From assembly GCF_964355755.1 (NCBI RefSeq), contig NC_092679.1, positions 22,861,432 to 22,925,431 on the forward strand: a DNA stretch of 64,000 nucleotides. Reading direction: 5' to 3'. Positions within the stretch are counted from its first letter, which is position 1, and the number at the start of each line of letters is the position of its first letter. Both the position numbers and the translations under genes were made by a program. This document shows, piece after piece, positions 14,491 through 29,421 of this stretch. The notes beneath the pieces are model-generated. The model did no database searches. It was not told where the DNA came from and saw nothing but the letters and a program-made list of their open reading frames with translations. This DNA comes from Antedon mediterranea (lineage: Eukaryota > Animalia > Echinodermata).

Positions 14491-17400
14491 GACGAGTATT
14501 AAGTCGTGGCGTTCAAGCCTGCTTCAACATCGGAGCGCGAATGACCCTTTGGAGATCTATCTCATCTACAACCGTGATTGTACATTGTCTGCTCGTAGCG
14601 ATATAAGGCGGCAGTATTCAAGAGGCGTAGTTACTAATATACAAAGTCATTTGTCGTTGAAATCACAAAAGTCAGGCTTGGAAATAACCAGAGGGTACTT
14701 TGGCGCTCTCGTCAAAAGCTGCTTAACTCTTAGTGTTCCCACTCCAAAATATCGTCTGCTATTAGCGCGCGCGTAAACCGTCGGCTAAGTATCGATCCAA
14801 CTTAAGCACACATCAAGTAACGTAAAACAAACCAGGTTCCTTGTAAACACAATTTTAGATAAATTGATCGGTCATTGGGTGACCGCCTCTGGTTTTCTCG
14901 CACCCTAATTGGCGTGCGTGAAGGAAACACAGCGACGATACATTAGATTCCGGCCGCTCAAGTGGAATTTTCTCCACCAATTCAAATCACGAAACTCAGA
15001 TGCATAATCATTGAAATGCAGTTTAAATTATTCCTTTAACGTGTTGGCAAATATTTGATATGTAAATGTTCAACACACAGGTAACATTTAACAAGTGATG
15101 AACATTTAAATTTACCCCTTTAAAATACCACAGAGACTCATAAATATTAATGAGAACTTTACGCTAAGCCGTGTTTCTGCAGCAAAATGATGAGAGGAAC
15201 GCTACATCGAAACCTAAGAGAATTTGAACGAATTGCAAGCATTAGTAGCTACGGTATACACTAAGTCTCCGCGCAGGCAATAAAAATCCGTTTACTAGTT
15301 ATTTCGCTTAATGTTTAAACATTCCAAATGCATAGACAATTCTACATAAACGGCTGCTGACATATCGCAAAACGTGGCCTCAAGCATTTTCTCTCATAGC
15401 AGACTTTTCCACGTCAGTTTCTCATGTTTAAACTGCTAATCCTTGGCTACAGTCTTTCCCGAGATAGCGAATATATTTAATATGTCGCGAATCTTGAGTA
15501 ATTATGTCTTTATACAGTGATATACCATTACAAAAGGTCATACAGCAGCGACTATGTCAAAACATATTCGTTGCTTTTGACTTAATATTTATTACAATAT
15601 TTCATAATATAAATCAATTAATACGCCACTCTTTATACATTTCAGTTGGTATTATATATAAATCAATATCCAAAATCTATGTGCTTACGGATTGCTCATT
15701 GATGACTTTATATTACAAAAAAACTCATTTAATTACATAGGCTTAATTACTGTACATGCAGCATTTTAGATTATGTATATATTATATGATAAACGTCTTC
15801 ATTATAGAGTTGACCTATTGTTGCATAAGTCATAGTATTTAGATGTGTATTATGAATTTTAATACAAGCGTCGATTCTGAATGAAGGACAAATTAATCAT
15901 ACAATATTATATTTCCAATATTTTTTATAACTTTAAAATAAACATAATATAGTCAATGTTGACGTCATTCTTCTTTACACGGATAAAACGAAAATAGCCG
16001 TTGCTCTTCCGAGGGAGAGATACGATAATATTCATTGAGCACCCCTAATATAATAATGGACTAATCCGGAAAGATCTGCGTTTCTTCGTACGTATACTGT
16101 AATATTACTGTAATAACTTGTATGTGTCGTATATTGGACATTACGTTTTAGATCAGTATTTTGATATACTTTGAATAATTATATCGTTCAGAAAAACCTA
16201 ATTAATATTATGCAATTAACTTACTATTATTCAGCAGAATGCCGACCTTAATATTGTCATTATGTGACTTAATCACGTCAAATAAGCACGATAATAAATT
16301 GATTGATTGTGATACGATTACGTTAATTAAAGTCAATTGTATCGTTGTGTACAATCAATTATGGCATCATTACTCCAGATAATAATTTATAACAGAGACG
16401 TGCATGGTATCTGTTTTGGAGGAGGCGGTGGTGAAAACTGCATCTACAGTTCATTCAAATAGCATTTCTAATTCTCATTTTCAATATCTCCAAAATTGAA
16501 GCATATTAATATGAAATATGAATTAATTTTAACATGTGAGGCACATTGGACGCAGTATCAAGAAAATTGCCTAGATACAGATTTAAAAAACAATTGAAGG
16601 AAGGGTACAGGGCCACACGTGAGGCACATTGGACGCAGTATCGATTGAAACCAAAACATTTGAATCGTTCATGTAAAAAAAAGATTATGAAGTTAAAATT
16701 CGACGAAATCGAGATAAAAAAAAGCTAATTTCATTTTTGTTATGACAGTACATACATAATAATTTATATTTATATTTTTATTTTAAATTTGTCCGTGTGA
16801 ATAATTATGAAAAATAATTTCACATCTATCAGTGTTTTTCCTGTTAAAATGCTTATGACATGTAAAGAGTCAAATTCGAGCGTAATTTTGCAAATACTGT
16901 ACAGAACATAATGTGTGTTTCGTTCGTTAATAAAGTCAATTATAATTATTAACAATATCAGTTTAATCTGTTTTGCAGACCTAAGAAGCGAAAGTACAAT
17001 CTGATATGTTTTCAGTCAATTTGGTAGTAGGTTGTAGTGCCATGAGCCTCAATATCCTATCCGGTGTCATTTTAAGTAGGCCTACGATATACGACACACT
17101 GTCCTTTAGCATCGCTATGATGTTGGACAAAAATCTTCTGACGACAAAAGTACAAAATAACGACAATTCGTTCGTACAGGACTTTTATTTACAACATTTA
17201 CTTGTTATAATAGCCGTATACTAATCTCCCGTATACCCGCAACGCAGTACTAATCGTTCTCCGTATTTTTGCTGTTTATACATTAAGTCATTCTATCACG
17301 TCATTAATCATGCATAACGGATTGTAACTAGCGCCATCACAAAATATTAAATGATTATAAAATAGGTACGTAATAAGTGTTTTGTGGTTTTATTTTCGAG

Positions 17401-19315
17401 CTATATCAAAAATATACCCCCGTATATCTACTGTACGTGAAGCATTTTTTTTTTGCAGTTTAATTCACTTCTAGGGAGTCAATATGGTAACATGATCGGT
17501 TTGAGACTACCTAGCTAATAAAAAAATTGTATATACTGAGGCAGAATTTGGCCTAATTCTGTATTTGACCGTTTAGTAGAAATTCGCGATTTTTATCGTC
17601 ATTTCTATAACACATCTTGTAAACTAAACCAAGTAGTATATCTCAAATTCATGCCTGTAGCTGAGCTTTAAGTTTTCAGCCAGCAATCCCGGCAATTATT
17701 AACATAATATTCCACTTAAACTAGATAGAGAAGCGCAAGCATAACATTTGTATAAATCTTGAAACATGAGAAATACTTTTTGTTTGCGCTAATCTACTGC
17801 AATACGTCAATGTTCTTTGACACTAACGACTAGCTTAGCTATAGTAATTGTATTCATGACTGCCCTGAATTCTCAGCCACGGAAACACGAACTCTTAAGC
17901 GATCTTTAGAGCAGTTAAATATACCTACCCCGGAGGACAATAAAAACACAACAGAAATTAACATTTACAAATGTTGCTACGATATTACAAAAATTCGATT
18001 TTGCAACCGGCTATGTCGTCAGTTAAGTTTATACGTAATGTAGCAAACTTTACTTCGAGCCGCACCGAAAAACGATACAATGTTTGATGCGTGTAAATGC
18101 ACTAATTCAAATTGTACGCATGTATGTCCATGAAAAGATACACACTAAATGTAAATTGTACGCATGCGTCAACTTATGTTTGAACCAGTTCAAAAGTTCC
18201 TCAAACACTAACATGCGCATGCGCGTTTAACTTGTTTACAAAGATAACGTTATGGAAAAAAGTTAATTACGGGATCGTCAAAAACTCCCACATACTGTAT
18301 CTAAATAAACCATTGAAATTGATATGAACATATACTATGATTAAAAGTGATTTGTATACGATACAGCGGTAGGAATGATGGTGAGTAATAACGCGCCATA
18401 TCAAGGAATTAATGTTTTTGCCCAATAGCCACCAAATAGAGGCTCTACCCGCGTAGTAAAAATTATATAATAGTTATAAACAAATATGTAGTGGTGAACG
18501 AAAGGTCATTTATACATTATACGCACTCATTTAAAGTAATATAAAACACATAACGATACTTTAAATATAACCTGTTCTATTAGTTTAACACTCTGATTTC
18601 AAACATCATCTGTACAAATAGCGCTCTCGAAAAGTTTTCTTTAAGCCGTCTTTGAAGTCTGCACTTAGGCCTATCGAGAAGTGCTATTAATGACCATCCA
18701 TTTAGATAATTCTCGAGCGGAGATTGTGTTTGTGTACAAAATGCTATTCATTATTACATTAGTTTCATAACTACAAACATAACACTACTTAAAATAGTGG
18801 TGTCGATAGATACCTCACACGTCGGTAAACATGAACACACAGATAATTCATTTATTTAAAAACATACACATTAAAATATATGAGAATGAACAACTGCATT
18901 CAATTCGGCGGTTGTTTACAGGCTTCGGGCTCATACGACAATTTGCCGAAACGCACGTTTTCTACTCTCGATTTTATTTGACATATAGACTTTAATACGT
19001 AATTAAAAACAAAAACCAATTTGATTTATATATCAATAGATAGAACGCTGTAGAAACGCCATAAAACTAAGTAAAATAGTGACGTAACGTAGTGTAGGGA
19101 CAGATTTTGACGCACAGACTGAGAATTAAATGGAAAGTTACTCGTTTTCTCGTCATATTTACGTCAATAACTAGTATATTAGTGTCTACACTTCCTAGAG
19201 TTTCTCTAGTATTAGTAAACTATCATTTAATTGTATTTTTTTAAATTAGTTTGAAGGTTAATGTTGTGCATCGCAATTGATTACGTCAGGCCTACGTTAC
19301 GTCTAGAAAACTTAC

Positions 19316-19365
19316 CGCTCGGCCCTTCATCATCTCATCGTTCAAAAAAGTCAGTCGTATAAATC
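19316..19365 (-). other. Candidate 50-bp exon (MMKGRA|) with an upstream donor at 19509
   Basis: tttttttgtag acceptor and GCG|gtaagt donor; upstream GTG|gtaagc defines a 143-bp intron. Confidence 0.4.
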
Positions 19366-22253
19366 CTACAAAAAAACGCATTTACTTTGCATAAATCCAA
19401 TAGATTCTAGCGTATTGTACGAGTTACTTCAAGATCCAAGGGTACTGCAAGCAGGGCTAAGTTTACGTCTCCTGCGTGTTTCACGGTACACTAACCCTAA
19501 CCGCTTACCACCCAAGACCGTCACAACATCGTTGGTTGTATGTTGTTGTCAATAAACAGGGGGCCTAGCCGTAAAAATCCTGCAAAATCGCATCACCTGG
19601 TCATGCTTTTCCTGTATAAAATTGATAAAAGTGTTCTGGTTGTATAAAATATTAAACATCCTAGATTACTGTACGAGATAACAGAGATTTTATGGTACTT
19701 TTCAAGATTCAAATTTACCGGCTCTAAACAGTAACACGGCTACGTCACGCCCTCAATATTTTAAAATCAATACAGTCTTTTTTATAATCGACCACATGAT
19801 AATTGGACCAAAAAAAACTATTTTTATTTTTAACATGAGTTAAACCGCTGTCATAAAATCTACTTAACCAAAAACATGCCAACAGAGAACAACTACTTGT
19901 TGACAACACATACAGATAGGAAAACAGATATTGTGCAAATTAAAAAAGGGTGATGAGCACAAATATTATGGTAGTGATATGACGTCATCGTCGTTTGGTC
20001 ACATAAAGTTTTTGATAGTGTAGACAGATGTTTACGAAGCAGTGGGAGGCAATTAGCACTCATATTGCAGATGAATTTATAAACTATAACCATGCATATT
20101 TTTTAATTTAAAAATAACAAATGGCATTTCGCTAGCTGAAAATCTATAAAATGACGAATAGTTGTGTTTATATGTCCGTTATGACCATTGCTGCTGGCCG
20201 TTCTCAGTGACGATCCGCCACCGACGTCTTCCCCAAGCCAACTAATGCAGTTGAAATGAGCGCCAATGTACGTTACAGTTCAGACTAATTTCATTTTAAT
20301 TGTCCCTTGCTAGTCATTGAGATCGTGCAAAAAATACAATTAACTATATCCATCCCTTTCGGGGTACTTATAGACAGTAATAAATATAAGATGTAATTGA
20401 GATGAAGTGGATTATTTTGTTCATAAAGATTCAACCGTTTGCACTCTTTGCAGAAGACGAATGGTAACATTTCTTAGTTCTAAGTATGCTTATTACAGTC
20501 GTTGTGTTTACATGATCATACTATAAAGCTCTGTTATTATAAAGAATACCATAAATGCCTGCGAATTTTCTTGTTTTCTTTTTCTGGTTGTACGAAAGAA
20601 AGAAGTGTTTTTTTTTCTCTCACTAAATTAAATATATATTTATTTATCTGGAGGACTAAACTTAAAGCCTTGGCTTAATGCGCCCTCCTCACACAATTAT
20701 ATTCATTAATTTATGTTCTGTATATTGTATATTGTATTGTGTGAAACAATAAACTTGAAACTTGAAACGTTTGTTGATATGGATGAAATTATCGAAATAA
20801 AAGAAATTAAAAGGTTCATCGACCAATGAACTGCTACTGATGAATCAACGTTCGAATTTAAAGGACCAATGAATTGTATACCACCTTATCATACTTGTGT
20901 CTTTATTATACAGTATGATAATGAGTAATAATAATAAGTATATGATAAACCGACCAAGAGAACTTCTCGCAAAGTTGATATCAATGTAAAACAAAAATGT
21001 GGGATTATTTCCAAATAAGATTTTTACTTTCACGTAAAAAATATGGCGTTGCGAATTTCAATGTCTTAACTTTGTTGTGTGCTATAGTATGATCTAGGTA
21101 ACTGAGGTTACAATTTCAATCTCAAACTTGGAAAATTGAAAATTCGTAGAAAAACGAATACATCAGACTTAACGATTTAAAAATTGAATTAAAATTTTTG
21201 TCCATTTTCCAAAGTTCATTCCTTTTAGTTGAGACAGGAACTAAATGATTCACCTCATGTATACAAGACCACAATACTTTGCGGTGTATTGTGGTTATAA
21301 TCAGACTCATCATAATACAGGATAATTCGTGTTTCCAAAACAATAAACTATGCTAAGCGATAGAGGGCAGTCTATTTCCGGTTTTGCGTTGGTTTACAAT
21401 TGTTGGTATTATTATATTATTATTTTTATGGTAGAAGATTTTTAGACGGTTAATATCAAAGAAAAGAGCATAATTGATTTCTAAACAAACCGAAATATAG
21501 AAATCCACATCAGACTCATGTCTTGTTTTGTAATGTAATGTTCTATAATTACGCAAACTGTTTTGAGAATAAAATGCACCGAAAATGTTTGCTTCAATCA
21601 GAAGGAAACATAAACAAGAGATAAATTGAATTCTGTAGAAAGACACATTTATCAAACTTAAACATTCGATGAGAAAATTTAGCACGACAAGCATTAGACT
21701 TGAGTTAAGGCGAAGCATATTGTAAATCAAAAGAATATTATACGTCCAGGAGGCATGGCAGACGACATTGGACTCGCAGACGACATTCGGTCAAACATTC
21801 ACCGAGTAGGCTAGGTATAGAAGCGGATTTACGTCAAAGAAATAAACGATCCGATTATAAATTTGTACGGGGATTTTTTTCACAAACGATATTGCAATAA
21901 TGGATGCTATTGTGTTATTACTGTGCGTTTCAATTAAAGATAATGTCAGAGATATAAAACACTCGTTGATGACGTCATTGATATAAACACGCGAAGATGT
22001 AATCTGATATTTTTTTTATACAAATTGAAACATTACAGCTACAAAAATATTTGTTGAAAGTACAAAAATACTTGATAAAGAAAGCATTAAAGAAAGTGTA
22101 CACAAAATGATCAAAGCACCGCGATTTGCAACATGTTGAGGTTCGATTTCAACGCTGATCAGTCAACAACTTTGCATTAACAGAAAATTTTAACATTTAT
22201 AAGTAATGTGATGGCGCTGCGCAATCACTTTTTGTTATGCATGATTTAGTTAT

Positions 22254-22403
22254 GCTTGGTTCCCACTAGAGACGCAACACAACGACGTAACGCATCGATT
22301 GAACAATCACAGGCAATGGATTTATTCGACTGTCGCTTGTCATTGGTCAACTCGTTTGCGTTGGGTCTACGTCCTTGCATTGCGTCCTAGTGGAAACCAA
22401 GCT
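22254..22403. mobile_element. MITE family A, copy 2
   Basis: GCTTGGTTCCCACTAG...CTAGTGGAAACCAAGC; internal similarity to 3351-3529. Confidence 0.78.
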
Positions 22404-22407
22404 CAAG

Positions 22408-22466
22408 AAACCAGTAGTACGTAATGGAAACCAGTAGTACGTAATGGAAACCAGTAGTACGTAATG
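22408..22466. repeat. 3 x 20-bp tandem repeat GAAACCAGTAGTACGTAATG next to a MITE
   Basis: Directly visible. Confidence 0.9.
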
Positions 22467-23059
22467 CATACGATTGGTAACTTCTTGGCATCTATTCTTC
22501 ACTGTGATTAAATTCTGAAGTACTGAGATATAGAACGGTTACTGTACTTAATTAACCAATAAAATGGCAAGGATTCACTCAGGTGACATATAAAAATATA
22601 ACAAACATATATCAGTTTGTAAATCAAGCAACATTAGTTTGTTTAGAAATAAACTTCATCTTTTTTATGATCAATTCATTATGTTTAAGGTGTTTTGAAT
22701 ATATAGTATTTCTCATGAGTGATATATAAATACACAGCGTTAACGAATACATTGCATTGTTTCTTACACAGTCTAGTTAAAATAACAAAAAGAACATTTT
22801 TTAATCATCTCGAATGTCACGATTGACGCATGTGTTATAATGTTCTATATAGTCGTAAATCTAAAGAAAACAAAACAAAGGTGAAATTTAGTTTTTTGCT
22901 GTTCAATTGTAAATTGTTATCATCAATCATCAAGAGGGGATTATTTTGAAAATTCAAGAAACAAAACCATCTCAATATTTCATCAAATACAGTTTTTATT
23001 GTTCGTTCTTTTTTCCTTTCTTTTGTGCGCTTACATAATATATCTAGTAGCTATCAATA

Positions 23060-23383
23060 GAGTGAGTGAGTGGCCGAGCGGTTAAGACAGTGGAACCGTA
23101 ATTACGTAGCCATAACATCGGCAGGGGTTCGATGCTCACTCACTCCATGGTTCTGGTGGTAGAACGAGTCTTCTCGGATAAGGACTATAAACCGTAGGTC
23201 CCCAGTGTACACATCTAGCTCGTGTGCACTTTAAAGAACCTAGTACATCTTTCGAGACGAGTAGGGGGTTACCCCGGTGTATTAGTACATCACAGCCACT
23301 GATCACCAACTGGGCCCTCTGGGAGACCAGTCTTTGACTGAAGAGGTTACCCAGTATAAATATAAATTTCAATTCAATTCAAT
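23060..23383 (+). mobile_element. tRNA-derived SINE with Deu/Nin-like central domain, copy 1
   Basis: Box A TGGCCGAGCGG, box B GGTTCGA, tRNA-like acceptor stem. Core CGGATAAGGACTATAAACCGTAGGTCC...GCACTTTAAAGAACC...GAGTAGGGG. (TTCAA)n tail. Confidence 0.88.
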
Positions 23384-23574
23384 ATCTTATTGCTTCATTA
23401 TTTATTTACTCTAAAATGTAAATCGACCAAATACTTATTTTTACTAATGAATTTTCATGTAACATGCTGTGGTCTTTGGCTAGCTACTGCTGTTACGCGC
23501 AGTTGTAGAATACATCGCTACTGCAGCTGTTTTTTTTCTAATAGATGCTAAAACTCTCATAGCCTGCTACAGTT

Positions 23575-24033
23575 GCTTTCAAATGCTACAAACTACAGTC
23601 CTAGTGGTGTTGCTACTTAGGTCTAACATTGCTATCAAATGCTACAACTTCGCGGCGCTTGTACACACACATCTTGCTGCAATGCATAATACTGCAGCTG
23701 CTAAAGTGATAATAATGCTACTCTCTACCTACAAATAGCCTACTACAGTGCTAGTGATGTTTCTACTTAGGTCTAACGTTGCTATCAAATGCTACAACTG
23801 CGGCGCTTGTACACACACATCGTGCTGCAATGCATAATACTGCAGCTGCTACAGTGGTAATAATGCTACTCTCTACCTATAAATAGCCTACTGCAGTGCT
23901 ATTGATGTTGCTACTCAAATGCTACATTTGCGGATGTACACACATCGTGCTGCAATGCGTAATACTGCAGCTGCTACAGTGGTAATAATGCTACTCTCTA
24001 TCTACAAATAGCCTACTGCAGTGCTAGTGATGT
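23575..24033. repeat. Tandem repeat with unit of about 120-150 bp, about 3 copies
   Basis: Repeated CAAATGCTACA...TGCTGCAATGCATAATACTGCAGCTGCTA...AATAGCCTACT. Confidence 0.85.
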
Positions 24034-26173
24034 TTATTTTAACATCAGTAACCTAGAAAATGCTACAATCTTAATTTGCACATCATGTTATCGTATCGTT
24101 ATCATGTTCTTTAATGTCGTTGAGTATAAGTTGAAACTTGATACTAACGTAACGTTTTCAATAATGTGGATATTATCTTAGTGTATGAAATATTTGTTTT
24201 GCGAATCCTGAAATCTTCAGATCATGTTTTACAAAACGATAGTCTTTTTCGAGACAAATCCCTCTTGTATAAACATATAATGATATTCTGTAAGTTATTA
24301 CATGCTATCTCTCTCTCGGGAGAAGTTTCTAACATGAGTTGATATACACATTTATAATAGAGATTTAAATCCAATTTCTATCTTCATTTATCTTCGATAT
24401 AACAACATCACTAAGACTGTAACATGTTTTTTTGGTGAACTATAAAAAAAGCATTATTAAGCTGTCTATTAATTAGTGTGCAAACTAAGGCCTCATTCAT
24501 TAATAGGTCGGTTTCAATCCGACTTGCAATGGAACAAAATATATCGAAAAGCAAAAAAATAAAATTGAAAAAAATTAATTTAAAAAAAATTAATATAAAA
24601 AATAAATTTAAAAAGAACTAAGTGTGTGTAACGAAAAACTAGAAGAAATCAAAAGTAGGAATGGATGGATGTGTATCTATATTATTATATCTGAAGGAAT
24701 GGCGTATCCAAAGAAATGGGTGTGTAGTGAATTCTCCATGGCGAAACCAGGAATATGTCTCCCTGGTGAAACCTGGGAAAAATGCGTAGGCCTATTGAAA
24801 ATCTAGGAATAAATTTTGATAAATGAAGGAGCATATGCTAATATTGATAAATGATGTTGAATTGGCGTAGGCCTAACGCGATGAGAAATCGACGAAGGTC
24901 TGGATGTATCGACCTAGAAAATAAATCTAGGAAATGGAGGAAGTATCCAGAATAGTAGACTTGATCTAGGAAGGCGTTTATTTCTTTATATTTTATAATA
25001 TAGTCTTCATCATTATTTCCTCCCACTTTACAATGTCGTCATCACAGAGAGTTCACCATTATTGTTTAATTTAAACTCATCAAATAGTCATCTCCGCTTA
25101 CTTCTCTCTGTGTGTTCTTAAAGAATGTATTATCTTTCAATGAAGGAAATTAGTTGAAATTTCAGTATTTGTTTTTTTTTTTATATAAATCGATTAGAAG
25201 TCTTTAAAAGGAAACCGACAGCATCAGATAATCGGTAGTAATAATACTAATCTAAAACTATTTAGTTTAATATCTACCTTCAGAAAGTAGAAATTTAATT
25301 CAAATCGTTCCTGTTATATTACACTATCATTAACTTTAGACCTATCATGGCTTCTTCTTTAAAATATTCATGCCCTTGTTAAGTAAAGTAAATTTGTCTA
25401 TACGTTCTTTTCAAAAGTAAACTACATAACTATGTTACTACTTTTTCTCCAGTTTATCAATTTCTTTTAGATCTGTTGTATTGTCTATAAATCGTAATTA
25501 AGTTGTTTTTATTTTGTTGTTCTGGGTTGACCAACTAGCATACACAGTTTAGCACCTGTTTGGTCTTTCTTTAACCTTTATATTGTTTTGTATATAATAT
25601 CCATATTTTTCTTATTGTATTTAAATTGGAACATCAAGCAATTATTATTATTATTATAATAATATACAGTGAAATTGGTTTTGTATTTGAGGCACCATGA
25701 TAAACATATTTACTATGAATTTAAATATATTCTCTAGGAGCAATAATATCTATAATGTGCATTTTTGTATTTAATTTGAAACATAAAATAATAATTAATA
25801 TCCATAACAGTTTGCATACTTCATTTGAAAACAGTGTATGTGAATTTGGTTTGAATTTGGCGCGCCATAGAGAAAATAAATGACGGCACATTAAAATAAA
25901 ATATATACTTTATGTACGTTTTGAAAAAAAACACTGTAGTTTCAACACATCTATCATAAAATATTGGAGATTAAACATTGCGTACCAATATCGTATATCC
26001 ATCGAATTTAAATTATCTTTAGTGACAGTTATAAAGTTTACTGTACATTTGCTATTGGCTGCTACTTGCAATAATTTAATCAATCAAGTTTTACCGTATT
26101 ATTTTATTAAACCTACAATTTCAATTTCTTAGGTTCTAATATGATCAAACGATTACTATACTCGCATTTCAAA

Positions 26174-26324
26174 TAGATTGTATAAATACGGTCTGAGAAA
26201 TTGCAATCTTCGACAAAAAGTTTCTAAAAACACGGCTGCCGTATCTGCTAAACCTAGATTGTAGATTTACGGTGTGAGAAATTGCAATCTTCAACAAAAG
26301 TTTCTAATAACACGGCTGCCGTAT
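26174..26324. repeat. Tandem duplication of about 80 bp
   Basis: TAGATTGTA...GAGAAATTGCAATCTTC...ACACGGCTGCCGTAT twice. Confidence 0.85.
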
Positions 26325-27460
26325 TAATATGTCTAGAATAGGAATGTTCGATACACAGCTTTCTATTATCATAAGAAAATTAGACAGTCCGAATTGTGCC
26401 AAATTCGTTGATTTGCTTCTCTCGCTACACTTTGCATTTACAGTATTCAAAGTCATTGGGCTTTTCGAAGTTACTAATAATTGAGGTCTTCCAAGAAATG
26501 AAAACGTCTGGGTGTTCTAATAAAAAAATGGCTGGTCATTTTTTTTTAAAACAAAACAGTGGTACGGTATGACCATGCGCTGTTGGACACATTGTTGTGA
26601 GAAATGTATTGACATTTTCCACCAAATTCTCTGTACTTTCGATGACGTTACAGGTGTTATATTGTTGGTTGGTCACGTGTGTATATATATCACATTTGAC
26701 GCCTGTATTATGTTAATAACGTTAGGTTAGGCTTATAGCCCGATACAGACCTCACATATGACCGTGTTTCACAGATTTTAATATAGGATGCTGCCAAATG
26801 TGCACATATGTTTGACGAATCGTGAAAATAAACGATGCAAATACAATTGACAAACGACTTCCATGTTTGCGGATGTTTTATTCAATACTTACAATTCCAT
26901 TCTAACATCAGCATTAACTTGTTTCACATGAAAGGTAATATACATACTCTTTGATCAATTCCAATACACAGCAAACGGCTTATAATATATACAATAATAA
27001 TAATATAACTATATAATTTACTTTTATACAATTCAATAGTTTATACACACAACATTCTGTATTCTGTAAACACTATCTATAGGCAACACATTGTGTACAA
27101 CGTGCGGGCATAACAACATCTTTATTTTTTTACGGGGCTAACATTAAAGTTAGGGAATATTATATATAACTCACAGCTACAGTTATCGACAACATTACAT
27201 AATGTATAGATATGTATGAACCAATTGTTCAAGCAATCGGACCTGAATGCCCACGCAATTAACCTATGCCCACGCGTCAACCCTAGATGTTGACGCAATA
27301 ACTCCCGCGGTACGTTTAATAATATTCTAGTACCTGTGCTGTGTCTTCATGGATTCACAAGTAAAACTGATTAATAAACATTAGAATATACACAAGGTCG
27401 ATGACGAACACATCTTGTTATTGCTCAGAACGATTACCTTATATAATGTGATCTGTTTAA

Positions 27461-27723
27461 AGATGTATTTTCCCCAAAAATATGAAAAATTAAGATTAAT
27501 TAAATAAGTTAATCACTTCCGTAGAAAAAAACCCCAATGTTTTCACTTATAAAATAACACAATAATTCAATCAAAAAACCATTTTTTGCTTTAAATTACA
27601 GTTTTTTTAGGTAAATAAATTTTGTTTCGATCCAAATTTTGGTCAAAGTTATTATGAGACATTAAAATGGCATATTCAACAACAATTTTTTAAAGAAATA
27701 TTTTTCAGGGCGACAATACATCT
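27461..27723. mobile_element. Kolobok-like MITE related to 50577-51122; a degenerate relative lies at about 6178-6490
   Basis: TTAA|AGATGTATTTTCCCC ... GGGCGACAATACATCT|TTAA; internal CGATCCAA.TTTTGGTCAAAGT shared with the 6.4-kb region. Confidence 0.75.
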
Positions 27724-29242
27724 TTAAGCCTCAAACATACTAATGATGAATACATTTAAAACATTGATACAGTTTAATTTGACTAATGCACTGCGTTACA
27801 TATGGTACATCGTTTAAAAAATAATAATATATTCCTAAACTGTATATTAACATCAAGGTTTCGTGGATTGGATTGTTTTATTTAATACTGTTCACATTTT
27901 ATAACACACATTTACATAAAAAATAGTTGGATTAGGCTATGTATAGAAGTTAAGTTTCTAATCTAAAATCAAGGATGATATTTTATCAAGGTTTTTTTTT
28001 TTGTGGAATTATAATTCATCATACCATAGCACACGAATTCATAATGATGATCTATTATCCAATATTCTACATTTATGTTATTAGGTTAATACGCTTGCGT
28101 TTGGTTATGGCAATTTTTGTCAAGTCATCGGAACCAATGTGGTCGATTTTTTAGAGTACGTATATAGAGATGGTTTATGTTATCGTATAATATACATGTG
28201 CATTTGTAAACTTTTTGGGTGTGCGGTCATTGGAAAGTTGAACAAATTTTCTAGCAAATTTTAAAGATCCTTATTATAAGTATATAAATATCTCAAAAGG
28301 AATTTACAGAGATAAAACCTGGGTCCTAAAGGCTGAACAAGGCTCTATTGTATTTCATAACAATAACATAATCTTTTTACAAACATGTTCGGAGAATGTT
28401 TGAAACCATAAATATTGTGTTTAGTACATTATGTATCGTAAAAAATACCCCTCTCACGTCTAGCGTAGCAAACTCTGGAGTTTATCACAAATACAAAAAC
28501 CGTTGGCGGTGTTCCCACGTTGTATGTATACTCCGTTTTTGCTAGGCGATTTTGAAACTATAAACTTCACATTTAATTTTTATATAGGAATTTTTTTATT
28601 AATATATTGGAAGCATTACGGATGAATTATGTTTATAAATTAAAGTTATCAATTGCATTCTATTTACTGACTAAATCTAATTTGAATTCGATATTAATTC
28701 GTCACTTTGACGGAGGTGATCTTTGTGATAATTTCCAGACATTCAATTTTTTTTTTAAACCTGCGAAAACGCAAAAAGTACGTACGTTAAAATATGAGTG
28801 CAAAAAGTTGATACATGTCATCGTATAATCTCTATATTATAATTAAGTATCACATTATATTAATACATAACCGACCATTTTAAGATGTTTTCTGTACTAT
28901 TATTCTTATTACCATGAATAACAAATGTCAAAAAAAAAACTGTATCTCGTCTAGCGACAATAAACACTTAGCAGTATCGTGTCTGCCGACGGAAACAAGT
29001 CTATACCATAGCACATAACTTATTGACTTAACCTAAGACACATAAGTTGCTAGTCTTTCTCGCGTACGCGAAGGAAGAGTATGTCAACTTCAGTCAATGA
29101 CGGACTGATGTTCTCAATCGAGAACGGCAACCAAACAAGAACAGTAGGTGGACACAAAAGTGTTATATGAACTCTTTTGAAGAAGAGGCTACCGATGTCA
29201 GGAGGAGAGCCTACAGTATCCCAATTGAGATGACGGTTGATG

Positions 29243-29421
29243 CAGTGGCGTAACGCAGAGGCCTGACGCCCCTGGTTTAGGAACCCTCAGAAGAAATCAG
29301 CGTTTTAGCCTTTTTCGAAATATTTAAATGTCTTGTTTCCTCTGGGCACTGTTCAGGGCCTCCATAAGATCCAGGGCCTGTTGGTTTAGCCAGTATAGCA
29401 CTCATAGCCGTTACGCCAATG
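29243..29421. mobile_element. hAT-like MITE remnant
   Basis: CAGTGGCGTAAC ... GTTACGCCAATG inverted ends with internal GGCCC motifs; TSD not recognisable. Confidence 0.5.

Noticed and set aside
19491-19502. Telomeric (TTAGGG)n remnant
   Set aside because: Only about two units; compatible with chance
21122-21730. Hydrophobic minus-strand ORFs resembling membrane proteins
   Set aside because: Composition reflects AT richness; no family motif or exon boundaries
23063-23147. Functional tRNA gene
   Set aside because: Anticodon arm is irregular, and the head continues into a SINE body and tail present twice in the window
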